Source: Serratia sp. UGAL515B_01
GTDB lineage: Bacteria; Pseudomonadota; Gammaproteobacteria; Enterobacterales; Enterobacteriaceae
Assembly (NCBI RefSeq): GCF_033095805.1
Contig: NZ_CP109901.1
Coordinates: 3,011,766 to 3,035,765, forward strand
DNA: 24,000 nt
Direction of reading: 5' to 3'
Shown one piece after another: positions 1 to 9,970 of the stretch. Under the pieces are notes generated by a model, which was not told the origin of the DNA, searched no databases, and saw nothing but the letters and a program-made list of their open reading frames with translations. The position numbers were made by a program, and so were the translations under genes. Within the stretch, counting starts at the first letter, position 1. Each line of letters starts with the position of its first letter.

Positions 1-873
1 GGTTCAGCAGGTGGAATGAAGCATATCCAAAATTTTTCGGGCTTTTTTGATGATACCTTCGTCGTCGTGTGTGGCGATGCACTGATTGATGTCGATTTCG
101 ATCAGGTACTGGCTTTCCACCGGGCAAGAAAAAGTGTCGCGACCCTGATTATGCGCCCGGTTCCACAGGATCAGGTCAGTAAGTACGGCATTGTCGTCAC
201 CGATGAACAAGGCAGGGTCAGTAAGTTCCAGGAAAAACCGAACACGGCAGAGGCATTGTCTAACAATGCTAATACCGGTATCTATGTTTTTGAACCTGAG
301 ATCTTTAATTATATTCCTGACGGTGTTGAATATGACATTGGTAGCCAGTTATTCCCTAAACTGGCAGAAGCAGGCGTTCCTTTCTATGGTATTGCTCTGC
401 CTTTCCAATGGGTTGATATTGGCTCTCTGCAGGATTTCTGGCATGTAAACCGTATGATCCTTAATCGGGAGTTACCTGACTACCCCATGCCGGGGATCCA
501 GATTGCGCCGCAAATCTGGTGTGGTTTAAACGTTAAAGCTGACTTCGCCAACCTGGATATTGAAGGCCCGGTGTATATTGGTAGCAGTACCGAAATACAA
601 CCCGGAGTGACCATTAGAGGGCCTTCGATTATCGGTGCTGGGTGTCTGTTGGAAGAAGGGGCCGTTGTAGAACAGAGTTTTATTGCTGATTATACCCGTG
701 TCGGTGGTATTGCGAATTTAAACCAGCAAATGATTTTTGCTGGTAAGGTGATTTCACCAGATGGGACAGCGATCGATTTATCGGAAGCAGGTTTGAACTG
801 GTTGATTGATGATAAACGGCGTAAAGACATTATTGCCGCCGAGAAATCATTGTTTAATGAATTTCTCTCCTGA
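1..873 (+). CDS. NDP-sugar pyrophosphorylase / mannose-1-phosphate guanylyltransferase-like nucleotidyltransferase, 5' truncated by window edge
   Basis: The frame is open upstream of the track's ATG at 16 (ggt tca gca ggt gga atg aag cat = GSAGGMKH, resembling the conserved G-T-A-G-G-x-K motif). It also has VVVCGDALIDVD, EKP, WVDIGSLQDF and a C-terminal left-handed beta-helix-like region (VYIGSSTEIQPGVTIRGPSIIGAGC). Confidence 0.85.
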   Translation, partial: GSAGGMKHIQNFSGFFDDTFVVVCGDALIDVDFDQVLAFHRARKSVATLIMRPVPQDQVSKYGIVVTDEQGRVSKFQEKPNTAEALSNNANTGIYVFEPEIFNYIPDGVEYDIGSQLFPKLAEAGVPFYGIALPFQWVDIGSLQDFWHVNRMILNRELPDYPMPGIQIAPQIWCGLNVKADFANLDIEGPVYIGSSTEIQPGVTIRGPSIIGAGCLLEEGAVVEQSFIADYTRVGGIANLNQQMIFAGKVISPDGTAIDLSEAGLNWLIDDKRRKDIIAAEKSLFNEFLS

Positions 874-940
874 TAAAAAGCTCTTAACTGCCTCAAGAAC
901 ACAAGATTGTTGGAGCATACATGCTCTAAATCATTCAAGT

Positions 941-1045
941 TGCATTGGAGACGGCAACGCAGTGAATCCCCAGTCGCTTACTCAAGTAAGCGACTGGGGT
1001 AAGCGAGAAAGCCGACACACATACAACTTAATTAAAGTATGGTGA
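941..1045. repeat. Palindromic intergenic repeat (enterobacterial attcaagttgc...caactt type)
   Basis: Outer parts attcaagttgca and acaactt are roughly inverted. The core is a perfect 14-bp inverted repeat, ccccagtcgcttac-tcaa-gtaagcgactgggg (968-981 / 986-999). Confidence 0.7.
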
Positions 1046-1123
1046 GTGTGAGCGTATTGCCGCTTATTTTGCCCTCTCCTTCTCTAGGCCGTTCCTTAGC
1101 ACTCAAGCAACCCAGAATATCGT

Positions 1124-1702
1124 TTAGGCAATATCTTTACTGCTCACTACGGATTTTGATACCAGACCGTAATCGATCGCTTCAGCGACCGGCATCCAGA
1201 AATCGCGGTCAATATCCTTCATCACTTTCTCCAGTTTTTGTCCGGTTTCTTTGGCAATCAAGGTCCCTATTCTTTCACGAACACGGATGATTTCTCGTGC
1301 CTGGATCGCCACATCGGTAGCTTGACCACGGATACCACCACTAGGCTGATGGATCAGAAAACGCGTATTCTGTAAGCAGAATCGGCGCTCCTTGGGTACA
1401 GAAAGGAACACGTTAACAGCCGCGCTCCCCACCCAACCACTGCCTATCATATTAACCGGCGCTTCAATAAAGCGGACAACATCGTGGATCACATCACCGG
1501 ATTCCACGTGGCCACCGGGTGAACAAATCAAGAAGTTGATCGGCGCAGACGACTCGTCGGACAATGCTACCAGTTGTTTGACGACGTTGTACGCCACGGT
1601 ATCGTTTATTTGCCCAAATAGCAGGACCGTGCGGGACTTGAACGTTTTCTCATCCAGAAAGGCATCCCGTTGAGGAGAACTTGTTTCCGTTTTTTCTTCC
1701 AT
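1124..1702 (-). CDS. ClpP-family serine protease paralogue
   Basis: Aligned by eye to ClpP: GSAAVNVFLS (Ser region), RFCLQNTRFLIHQPSGG (His), GQATDVAIQAREI and DIDRDFWM (Asp). Confidence 0.85.
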   Translation of the reverse strand: MEEKTETSSPQRDAFLDEKTFKSRTVLLFGQINDTVAYNVVKQLVALSDESSAPINFLICSPGGHVESGDVIHDVVRFIEAPVNMIGSGWVGSAAVNVFLSVPKERRFCLQNTRFLIHQPSGGIRGQATDVAIQAREIIRVRERIGTLIAKETGQKLEKVMKDIDRDFWMPVAEAIDYGLVSKSVVSSKDIA

Positions 1703-1731
1703 TTTATACCTCAGCTAGTCAGTGCAAATCC

Positions 1732-1850
1732 GCCATATACCCTCGCCATTCAAACAACTGCGGTGTCGGCTAAGGTTACTCGCCCCATCCGAGGGACGCC
1801 TCCCGAAAGGCCGCAGCTAGCATCATGCCCTCCCTCGGCAGGTTGCCCCC
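1732..1850 (-). repeat. Diverged intergenic repeat related to the one at about 5285-5475
   Basis: The reverse complement reads ..gctagctgcggcctttcgggaggcg..gagtaaccttagccgacaccgcagttg.., which resembles gcttgcagcggccccgaagggcg..gagtaacgtaaccaacaccactgcgg.. at 5390-5450. Confidence 0.4.
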
Positions 1851-2009
1851 TGTAGCTGGTTTCTGAGGACTGACACACTGGCCATCTGCCTGCAACTTGA
1901 ATGAACCCGGGTATAAAACGGAGACAATAAAATTGAATCGAACTCAATAGAGATTGGATTCATGTCGCTCAAGGATAGCAGACTTCACAGACAACGCTTG
2001 ACCGCATGA

Positions 2010-3131
2010 TTATTCGTCGAAGAACCAATAGCCTTGATTGACCAACGTGGTTAACTCAGCAATAAACCGTGGATTTTGGCATGCATTGCCCAACTCTTTT
2101 TTACCGATAACAGCATAACGACACAGGCAATCCGCCGCTACAGGATCGTGAATTTCCAACCGTTCGCTATTGATGAAAAAGCCACCACCAACTTGCAGCA
2201 CTTTCAGACCATTCAGCCGTGTCAGCACTTCGCCATTCATCAAAGCATCGGCAATCTCGTGCTGTTCAAAAGGGGGGCGCACTGGGGCAATGTCTAACTC
2301 GTGGCGCGGTGTTGTGACAAAGCAACCAAGCCAATTTTTAAAATCCTCTGGCTGATTAATCATGTCGATCATCATCGTACGTAAACGCTCGAGCTCATCA
2401 TCTTCAACTCGCCCCGGATGTTCGCGACAGGTAAGATCGGCATCGCTATAATGCTCACTACCGAGATCGTTTTCCAACACATAGTCAGCGAAGCTACTGA
2501 TCAAGTCCCTACTATTAGGCCCACGGAAACCTACAGAGTAGTTAAGCGCAGTTTCGTGAGTCAAACCGTCGTGTGGAAACCCCGGTGGGATATATAAAAT
2601 ATCACCCGGTTCAAGGTCTTCATCAATGATCGGTGTAAACGGTTCAACGTGTAACAACGCAGGATGTGGGCAAAACTGCTTGAGCGGCAGTTTGTCTCCA
2701 ACGCGCCAACGGCGACGCCCCATTCCCTGTATGATGAACACATCGTATTGATCAATATGTGGCCCCACTCCCCCACCAGGGACGGAAAAAGAGACCATTA
2801 GGTCATCCAGACGCCAATCTGGCAGCACTCGAAATGGGCGCACCAGCGCAGCAGAGGGAGTGTGCCAATGGTTAACAGCCTGGGCGAGCAGCGACCACCC
2901 TGTTTCCCCCAGATTATCAAAATGCTCAAACGGCCCATTGCTGGCATGCCACTGACCATTTCTCTGGCTTACCAGACGGCTATCCACCTCGGCTTCCATT
3001 GCCAGCCCCGCCAATTCGTCCGGTGTGATAGGATCGACGAAATCAGGGAAAGCATTCTTTAAAATAACGGGACGCTTTTGCCAGTATCTTTCTAAAAATT
3101 CAGGCCAATTAAGGTCAAGTCGATAAGACAT
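2010..3131 (-). CDS. roxA: JmjC/cupin-type ribosomal protein L16 arginine hydroxylase (RoxA/YcfD)
   Basis: Full-length 373 aa ORF with WPEFLERYWQKRPVILKNAF, GGGVGPHIDQYDVFIIQGMGRRRWRVGD and GDILYIPPGFPHDGLT (iron-binding HxD...H). Confidence 0.9.
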   Translation of the reverse strand: MSYRLDLNWPEFLERYWQKRPVILKNAFPDFVDPITPDELAGLAMEAEVDSRLVSQRNGQWHASNGPFEHFDNLGETGWSLLAQAVNHWHTPSAALVRPFRVLPDWRLDDLMVSFSVPGGGVGPHIDQYDVFIIQGMGRRRWRVGDKLPLKQFCPHPALLHVEPFTPIIDEDLEPGDILYIPPGFPHDGLTHETALNYSVGFRGPNSRDLISSFADYVLENDLGSEHYSDADLTCREHPGRVEDDELERLRTMMIDMINQPEDFKNWLGCFVTTPRHELDIAPVRPPFEQHEIADALMNGEVLTRLNGLKVLQVGGGFFINSERLEIHDPVAADCLCRYAVIGKKELGNACQNPRFIAELTTLVNQGYWFFDE

Positions 3132-3407
3132 ACTTTCACACCATTGAGAAGATAAATGGGCTTGATTATAGGTAGGCTAACGCCCACACCGCCTTGTCAT
3201 TGGTCAAAAGTTTGTTTGCACAGTTACGGATTAGTGGTTCACATCCCGATGGAATGGGTTTTATTTTTGCGCCATTCGCAGGCGATCGTTTGAGCACAAA
3301 GCAAGAAGTGCCCCTAAAAACCTGACATCGCCGTTGTCGGGTTTGAACAAGGTGCACGCCTTCCACCCTGCGGTTTTTGGGGCTGTGATAGCAGGCATCA
3401 TCGGCAA

Positions 3408-4391
3408 TTAAGCGACACAGTCTAATAGGTGCGTAGCCGCGTCGATAACAGATTGAGATTTTATATCAGCCACTTGAGTACCTTCATGCAATAAGATGTG
3501 AGGTACGCCCAGCGGATACCAGCGCAAATATTTTTCTGGACGGTTTTCAAATAACGCCACCGTCGGAATGCGCAAGGCAGCACCTAGATGAACAGGTGCG
3601 CTATCTGCCGATATGACCAAATCCAACTGGCTCATTGCCGCAATGAGGTCGTTAACCGTTGGCGTAGAAAGACAACGGACAGGAAGATGGGCTAATTGTT
3701 CCTCGGTTGGTTTTTCTGCAGGATCATGGAAGATGTACAGCTCGGCTTTCTCTTGAAGAGCTTTCATCGTGTCTAGCCATTTTTGCCAATCCCAACGACG
3801 ATCGGCGGATTTATTAGAAATAAACAGGCCTACGCGAGGTTTACTCTTTTCGCCAAACCATTCACACCATTTATGCTGTAACGGTAGCGAGGGGTATACA
3901 TGCAACCGTAATGAACTCGGATCTACTGAGGCCAGTTCAGGCATCAGAGAAAAACCTGACAAAGCTTCGTGTTTTATTGGCCGGTTGGCAACATGTGAAG
4001 CCACCCGATCGTCAAATTCGCTCTGCTCATTGTGCCAACGAGAATCTGCAATATTCAGTTGCCGGATAAACTGGATGCTATTTTTATTCATCCCACCATT
4101 GGGAATAATAGCCATATCGAAATGTAATCCTCTCAAACGCCAAATCAGAGCAATACGGTCGATGAGTGCATTAAGTCGTCCGGGACGTTGGTTGCGTTCA
4201 CACTGCTTACTGTAAACATAAGTGTGTACGGTTGTGATATCTGGATTATGAGCGAGTACAGACATGTTGTATTTGTTAGCCAACACGTGGATTTCAGCCT
4301 CAGGCCAACGTTGCTTAAGAGCATGGATAAAGGCGGTGGTACAGACCATATCGCCAAGAAAATCAATCCGGACAACCAAGATACGTAACAT
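3408..4391 (-). CDS. Glycosyltransferase family 9 (heptosyltransferase-like)
   Basis: N-terminal MLRILVVRIDFLGDMVCTTAFIHALKQRWPEAEIHVL; C-terminal DLVISADSAPVHLGAALRIPTVALF, typical of GT9. Confidence 0.85.
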   Translation of the reverse strand: MLRILVVRIDFLGDMVCTTAFIHALKQRWPEAEIHVLANKYNMSVLAHNPDITTVHTYVYSKQCERNQRPGRLNALIDRIALIWRLRGLHFDMAIIPNGGMNKNSIQFIRQLNIADSRWHNEQSEFDDRVASHVANRPIKHEALSGFSLMPELASVDPSSLRLHVYPSLPLQHKWCEWFGEKSKPRVGLFISNKSADRRWDWQKWLDTMKALQEKAELYIFHDPAEKPTEEQLAHLPVRCLSTPTVNDLIAAMSQLDLVISADSAPVHLGAALRIPTVALFENRPEKYLRWYPLGVPHILLHEGTQVADIKSQSVIDAATHLLDCVA

Positions 4392-4738
4392 TTGAATCGG
4401 ACTCTTTAAAGAAGAATGTCTACGCTATTATTCATGAGTTGATTGTTTTTGGGTAGTGGATGAAAAACAAAGGTCTTTTTGCCGGCAAAGCACAGTGATA
4501 TAAACAGTCTGAGAACCACTGGTGAATTTTTCTGATCTTGAGAGACCAAGCATATTACAGCCAGGTGGTATTCTTTGACTGCACATTAGATATGTGTCCT
4601 TTAATTGCCAGCGAGCACTGCTGGCGGCCATTTGCGCACGGCGAATGCATCCACTGCGCGATCATATGGACCAAACAAGCACTGGACAAAGCACTCATGC
4701 GCTCAAATGATCCAGCCCAGAAAGGAGCCTATGGGCAA

Positions 4739-5236
4739 TTAAGACATTGGCTGGTTGAGCCAAAAAATCGCCGCATTCAGTATCGTGGCGAATCCAATCC
4801 AAACGGCATAAGGAATAAACAGCCGTGAAGCTATCTTGTCGAACTTCTGCGCCTGAATGATGAAAAGTAGTACGGTGACCAACAATAGCGTGATAATCAC
4901 CAACGCCGTTCCTGGTTGATGCGCCACAAAAAACACCGGGGACCATAACCAGTTCAGTGCCATTTGCAGCGCCCATATCCCCATGGCGATGCTTCTTGGT
5001 GCCACTCGCCAGATCAACCAGCCAGCAACCGCAATCATGATATAGAGTATCGTCCAGACAGGAGCAAACACGGCATTAGGCGGATTGAAGGACGGTTTGA
5101 CCAAATTGGCATACCATGCGTCAGGCCCAGTTAAAAAACCAAGCACAAACCCTACCCCGATCACCACAACCAAAAAATAGACCAGCATAAGAAAATCAGC
5201 CGACCGTTTGCTGGCATTTTTTACTGCATGGGTCAT
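4739..5236 (-). CDS. tspO: TspO/MBR family membrane protein
   Basis: WYANLVKPSFNPPNAVFAPVWTILYIMIAVAGWLIWR, NWLWSPVFF and FIPYAVWIGFATILNAAIFWLN. The ORF track starts at 5320, but the start at 5236 (MTHAVKNASK) is preferred because the extra N-terminus runs toward repeat sequence and lacks family character. Confidence 0.85.
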   Translation of the reverse strand: MTHAVKNASKRSADFLMLVYFLVVVIGVGFVLGFLTGPDAWYANLVKPSFNPPNAVFAPVWTILYIMIAVAGWLIWRVAPRSIAMGIWALQMALNWLWSPVFFVAHQPGTALVIITLLLVTVLLFIIQAQKFDKIASRLFIPYAVWIGFATILNAAIFWLNQPMS

Positions 5237-5284
5237 ATGAACAATTCCTAATTGCCTTATTAAATGAAGTCTCAAACATGCTTT

Positions 5285-5475
5285 ATACCCAAGTTCATTC
5301 AAATTGCGGCTAGGCGGCAACGGAACGAAACCCGAGTAGCTTACTCAAGGGTAACCGACAAATCTGCCGGAGCAGATTTAAATGCTGCTTGCAGCGGCCC
5401 CGAAGGGCGAAGCCTACGGACAGACAGAGTAACGTAACCAACACCACTGCGGATTGGATGCCAATGAACATATAA
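5285..5475 (+). repeat. Intergenic repeat-like element between tspO and the LysR gene
   Basis: aagttcattcaaattgcggctaggcggcaacggaacgaaacccgagtagcttactcaagggtaa... resembles the 941-1045 repeat at its 5' part. The 3' part (gcagcggccccgaagggcgaagcc...) resembles the reverse complement of 1732-1850. Confidence 0.45.
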
Positions 5476-5492
5476 GCATAGCGATACGATTT

Positions 5493-6407
5493 TTAAAACA
5501 TCGCCTGCGTGTGCTGCTGAATTTTTAGGCGTAACCAGCGGCGTAAACGATCATTATGCGTGCGTTCATGCCAGATCTGCATCATGTCGATATGCGGTAA
5601 GGAGAGTGGTAATGGGTAAAGACATAGCTCAGGATCGCGGGCAATAGCGTCCTCCCCGACTGAACGCAAACAAGTCAACAGCAAATCACTGCCTCTGATT
5701 AGACGGCTTGGCGCAAGAAAGCTAGACAGCCCTGCAACCACTTTACGTACCAGCCCCTGGCGCTGAAGTTCGCGATCAACGCGTCCGTTCAAATCGCCAG
5801 TCAATGTTGTCAAAACATGGTCGCAAGTGAGATAGGTATCCAGATCCAATCCTCCTTTCAGCAGAGGATTTCCTATCGCAGCCAATACCACAAAATCCTC
5901 ACTCAGAAGGCGCTGTTGATGAAAGGTGTCCGGTAATTGGTCATAAAAACCCGCAATAGCCAGGTCACACGTCCCTTTTTCAAGTTCTTCGCGCGGCAGC
6001 AATCCACGTGTGTTATGGGTTATCAACACTAGATTGGGTGCCTCATGGCGCAGTATCGGTAATAAACCCGGCAGCAGGATCTGTTCCATATAGTCGGTAG
6101 TGTAAATATGTATGCGCTCCGGGCGCGTAAGAAAATCCTGTCCTTCACACTGCTCGTAGAAGGTCTCGATATCTTCAACCAGTTTTTGAACCTGAGTCGC
6201 AAGCTGATGCGCTCGTGGCGTGGGGGTCAACCCACGAGCGGCTCTGACAAATAGAGGATCGCCGAACTCATGACGTAATTTACTGAGCTTGTGACTCATC
6301 GCGGGTTGGCTAAGTGACATCCGAACCGCAGCTTGAGAGGCATTACGTTCCTGGTACAACACATGAAAAAACAGCAACAGGTTAAAATCTTTGTTAGAAA
6401 TATTCAT
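5493..6407 (-). CDS. LysR-family transcriptional regulator
   Basis: N-terminal wHTH: FNLLLFFHVLYQERNASQAAVRMSLSQPAMSHKLSKLRHEFGDPLFVRAARGLTPTPRA. Confidence 0.9.
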   Translation of the reverse strand: MNISNKDFNLLLFFHVLYQERNASQAAVRMSLSQPAMSHKLSKLRHEFGDPLFVRAARGLTPTPRAHQLATQVQKLVEDIETFYEQCEGQDFLTRPERIHIYTTDYMEQILLPGLLPILRHEAPNLVLITHNTRGLLPREELEKGTCDLAIAGFYDQLPDTFHQQRLLSEDFVVLAAIGNPLLKGGLDLDTYLTCDHVLTTLTGDLNGRVDRELQRQGLVRKVVAGLSSFLAPSRLIRGSDLLLTCLRSVGEDAIARDPELCLYPLPLSLPHIDMMQIWHERTHNDRLRRWLRLKIQQHTQAMF

Positions 6408-6741
6408 TTTTTTAATGCCTTGAATGAAATATTTTTATTTTTTGAATTATAACAAGTCATCTAAGCTTAGTTCCAACTGAACGCTGCAGGTAGCGATTTG
6501 AGCACAGAGCAATGTATAGCCACTCCTTGGTTATTTTTGCTGTATAACATTGCTGATAAGTGGAGGAAACGGGTGATTTTTGCAGCTCAAAAGAGACTAT
6601 TTCTGCCTCACTCGTTTGAAAATCAGGAGCTAAACTCAGTAAGTTCTTATTTTGCTATACATCTGGTGGTTAAAAGCCGCTCCCAGTGTGGAGTCCAACG
6701 GAAAGTTGTGGGATGATTAGCCAGCTTTTTAGGGGGCGGAG

Positions 6742-7062
6742 ATGCGAAAACTTACGCTGCTATTGCTGATATTGCTCGGCTGGTTGCAGTACTCACTGTG
6801 GTTGGGGAAAAATGGCGTTCACGATTATGTGCGAGTCCATGAAGACGTAGTGGCTCAACAGAGCAATAATGCCAAACTAAAAGCGCGTAACGACCAACTG
6901 TTTGCCGAGATCGATGACTTGAATGACGGCTTGGAAGCGATAGAAGAACGCGCACGTGATGAGCTGGGAATGATTAAGCCCGGTGAAACTTTCTATCGCC
7001 TGGTTCCTGAACAATCCAGACGTAACAGTGCGTCCCCATCGCAAAATAACCTAAAAAAATAA
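6742..7062 (+). CDS. ftsB: Cell division protein FtsB
   Basis: [32 protein letters not shown], coiled coil, then [19 protein letters not shown]; conserved synteny with ispD. Confidence 0.97.
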   Translation: MRKLTLLLLILLGWLQYSLWLGKNGVHDYVRVHEDVVAQQSNNAKLKARNDQLFAEIDDLNDGLEAIEERARDELGMIKPGETFYRLVPEQSRRNSASPSQNNLKK

Positions 7063-7065
7063 CGC

Positions 7066-7773
7066 ATGAAACATTCAGTAGACTCCTTGCCCCAGGTGAT
7101 TGCCGTCTTGCCCGCTGCCGGTATAGGCAGCCGCATGCAGGCTGATTGCCCAAAACAGTATTTAACTATCGGACATCAAACTATCCTCGAGTACGCGATC
7201 CACGCTTTGCTGCGCCATCCGCGTATTACCCAAGCGATCGTTGCTATTAGCCCCGAAGATCATCATTTTCAGTCATTGCCTATCGCACAAGATCCACGTG
7301 TGACCGTTACCGTGGGGGGAAATCAACGCGCACACTCTGTCATGGCCGGACTAAAACTGGCAGGCAATGCCGAATGGGTACTGGTCCATGACGCAGCACG
7401 CCCCTGCCTGCATGCTGACGACCTGGAACGTTTATTGGCGATCACCGATCACAGTGTAGTCGGAGGCATTCTTGCTGCGCCGGTGCGTGATACTATGAAG
7501 CGTTCAGAAGCCTGCCAAAGTGCCATCTCACACACCGTTGAACGCCAGGATCTGTGGCATGCACTGACACCACAGCTTTTTCCACTCGCGTTGCTGAAAT
7601 GCTGTCTGCAGCGTGCACTCGATGAAGGGGCGACAGTCACCGATGAAGCTTCAGCGCTTGAACATTGCGGCTATCATCCACTGCTGGTAGCCGGACGTTC
7701 GGACAACATTAAAGTGACGCGGCCAGAGGACTTGAAACTGGCGGCGTTCTATTTAACTCAGTTGAATCATTAA
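7066..7773 (+). CDS. ispD: 2-C-methyl-D-erythritol 4-phosphate cytidylyltransferase
   Basis: [32 protein letters not shown] and [13 protein letters not shown]. Confidence 0.97.
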   Translation: MKHSVDSLPQVIAVLPAAGIGSRMQADCPKQYLTIGHQTILEYAIHALLRHPRITQAIVAISPEDHHFQSLPIAQDPRVTVTVGGNQRAHSVMAGLKLAGNAEWVLVHDAARPCLHADDLERLLAITDHSVVGGILAAPVRDTMKRSEACQSAISHTVERQDLWHALTPQLFPLALLKCCLQRALDEGATVTDEASALEHCGYHPLLVAGRSDNIKVTRPEDLKLAAFYLTQLNH

Positions 7774-7782
7774 GGAGCGCAT

Positions 7783-8256
7783 ATGCGTATCGGTCACGGT
7801 TTTGACGTACATAAATTTGGTGGCGAAGGGCCTCTGGTGATCGGTGGTGTTCGCATTCCTTTCGATAAAGGCTTGCTGGCACACTCTGATGGCGACGTCG
7901 CACTTCATGCAGCTACCGATGCCCTGCTCGGTGCCGCGGCATTGGGTGACATAGGAAAACTTTTCCCAGATACCGATCCGGCATTCAAAGGAGCGGATAG
8001 CCGCGAGTTATTACGCGAAGCGTGGAAACGCATTCGGGCAAAGGGCTATCGTCTGGGAAATCTGGATGTCACCATCATTGCTCAGGCGCCGAAAATGGCA
8101 CCGCACATCCCTCAAATGCGTATTTTCCTGGCAGAGGATCTGCAGTGCCACATGGATGATATTAACGTAAAAGCGACCACAACCGAGCAACTGGGTTTCA
8201 CTGGGCGTGGAGAAGGCATTGCCTGTGAGGCAGTAGCCTTGCTAATCAAGGAGTAA
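7783..8256 (+). CDS. ispF: 2-C-methyl-D-erythritol 2,4-cyclodiphosphate synthase
   Basis: [62 protein letters not shown] and [23 protein letters not shown]. Confidence 0.98.
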   Translation: MRIGHGFDVHKFGGEGPLVIGGVRIPFDKGLLAHSDGDVALHAATDALLGAAALGDIGKLFPDTDPAFKGADSRELLREAWKRIRAKGYRLGNLDVTIIAQAPKMAPHIPQMRIFLAEDLQCHMDDINVKATTTEQLGFTGRGEGIACEAVALLIKE

Positions 8257-8259
8257 CAG

Positions 8260-9306
8260 ATGGATATGGCAAATCTGACCTGGCTACATGGCAAGCCACA
8301 AGCCACCGGTGTGTTGAAAGCCAAACCAGAAGACTTTTTCGTCGTTGAGGATTTAGGCTTCGTACCAGATGGTAAAGGGGAACATCTGCTGGTGAATATC
8401 CGAAAAAACGGCTGCAATACCCAGTTTGTCGCCGACGCTCTGGCTAAATTCGCCAGTATACATCCCCGTTCGGTCAGCTACGCAGGATTGAAAGATCGTC
8501 ATGCGGTAACAGAGCAATGGTTTTGTCTCCACTTACCGGGTAAAGATTCACCGGATCTTACACAGTTTGTGCTCGAAGGTTGTGAAGTGCTGCAAGCTGC
8601 CCGCCATTTACGCAAGTTGCGTATTGGCACGTTGAAAGGTAATTATTTCACCGTGGTATTGCGACATATCAGCGACCGCAACGAGGTTGAACAACGTCTA
8701 CAAGCCATTGCTAAAAGTGGTGTACCCAATTATTTTGGCAGTCAGCGATTTGGCCACGGTGGAAATAACCTGACCTTAGCGAGACGCTGGGCTAAAGACG
8801 AGATCCGCGTCAAAGAGCGCAACAAACGCAGTTTCTATCTTTCAGCCAGCCGTAGCGCGCTGTTTAACGCTATCACCAGCCAGCGCCTGGCCAATAATCA
8901 GCAAAAAACGTTGATGGATGGGGATGTTTTGCAACTGGCTGGGCGTGGTAGTTGGTTTGTGGCCAAAACGGAAGAACTGAACAACTTGCAACAGCGGTTA
9001 GAAGCTGGCGAACTGATGATTACTGCCCCGTTACCTGGAGACGGTGAGCCAGGAACCGCAGCGGAAGCACTTAACTTTGAACAGCAGTGCTTATTACAAC
9101 AGCCAGAATTACTCGCGCTTTTAAAGCGCGAGCGCGTTGAGCCGGCTCGCCGTGCACTGTTGTTGCAACCGCAGAAACTGCTGTGGAACTGGTGGGATGA
9201 TGCCACCGTTGAATTGCGTTTTTGGTTACCAGCAGGCAGTTTTGCCACCAGCGTAGTGCGCGAAATCATACAACAGAACAATGGTGAAGCGGATATTACG
9301 GAATAA
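8260..9306 (+). CDS. truD: tRNA pseudouridine(13) synthase TruD
   Basis: [29 protein letters not shown] and [22 protein letters not shown]. Confidence 0.96.
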   Translation: MDMANLTWLHGKPQATGVLKAKPEDFFVVEDLGFVPDGKGEHLLVNIRKNGCNTQFVADALAKFASIHPRSVSYAGLKDRHAVTEQWFCLHLPGKDSPDLTQFVLEGCEVLQAARHLRKLRIGTLKGNYFTVVLRHISDRNEVEQRLQAIAKSGVPNYFGSQRFGHGGNNLTLARRWAKDEIRVKERNKRSFYLSASRSALFNAITSQRLANNQQKTLMDGDVLQLAGRGSWFVAKTEELNNLQQRLEAGELMITAPLPGDGEPGTAAEALNFEQQCLLQQPELLALLKRERVEPARRALLLQPQKLLWNWWDDATVELRFWLPAGSFATSVVREIIQQNNGEADITE

Positions 9307-9565
9307 TTTAGTTGATGTTATTGATGTGGTGATAGGCGTTATTAAACATGAGCACGAAATTTTTCATCGTCATTCCTTTAACCTGCAAAGGCAAATTTTA
9401 GGCGTCCATTTGCATGATACGCATCTGCATGCACGCTATCTGTCGGGGACAAAAGTACCTTCGCAGTTATGTGGCGTTATTCAGTTCGAGCACATCTGTA
9501 TGAGCGAATAGCGTTTTAAACGGGTAACGATTAAGAGCGTTAGAGCCTGTCTTGAGCTCATTTCT

Positions 9566-9775
9566 TCATGTCTGGGATAGCCGGCCATTGGGCCTACTTG
9601 GAACGTTAAACTTGACCAGTATACGAGAAAGCGTATTAACGTAAGTCTCTTCAACTGAATCGTACTTTTTCACGTCGTCAAATGAACGACTAAAGGCTTC
9701 TCTTAAATCTCGTTCTTTGCTAGAGATGTCGTCGTTACCAACTCTTTGATAAAAAAAACAAAGATTGATACCGAC
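9566..9775 (-). pseudogene. Possible C-terminal gene remnant in the truD-surE gap
   Basis: Manual reverse-strand reading gives a 69-codon stop-to-stop frame with no ATG: VGINLCFFYQRVGNDDISSKERDLREAFSRSFDDVKKYDSVEETYVNTLSRILVKFNVPSRPNGRLSQT*. It looks protein-like, but the family is unrecognised. Confidence 0.3.
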
Positions 9776-9970
9776 TCAATCATGTTGGTTACATAGCTTC
9801 AATGCCACAATAACTACAACGCTTGCCTTGCTGCCCCAACCTCATCACAATAAAGAAAAGGACATATTGGACTCACTCTTGAAAAGAACAATAAAAACAG
9901 ATACATATGTAAATACAGTTCGGAATGTAGTTTTCTTTTTTATTATGATAAAAAATCTTTTACATTCAAT

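Noticed and set aside
941-1045. CRISPR-like repeat
   Set aside because: A single palindromic unit with no spacer periodicity and no cas genes in the window.
2561-3062. Short ORFs at 2561-2776 and 2862-3062
   Set aside because: Both lie within the intact roxA coding region in other frames.
4685-4765. ttggctggttgagccaa hairpin as a terminator
   Set aside because: It lies in the last codons of tspO (WLNQPMS) and lacks a T-tract in the correct direction.
4538-4828. 96 aa forward ORF downstream of and overlapping tspO
   Set aside because: Overlaps the tspO 3' end antisense, with no recognised motif.
8898-9281. 127 aa reverse ORF
   Set aside because: Antisense to truD with Cys/Ser-rich shadow composition.
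9281-9511. 76 aa forward ORF overlapping the truD 3' end
   Set aside because: It starts inside truD, is His-rich with no recognisable domain, and has no RBS evidence; likely spurious.
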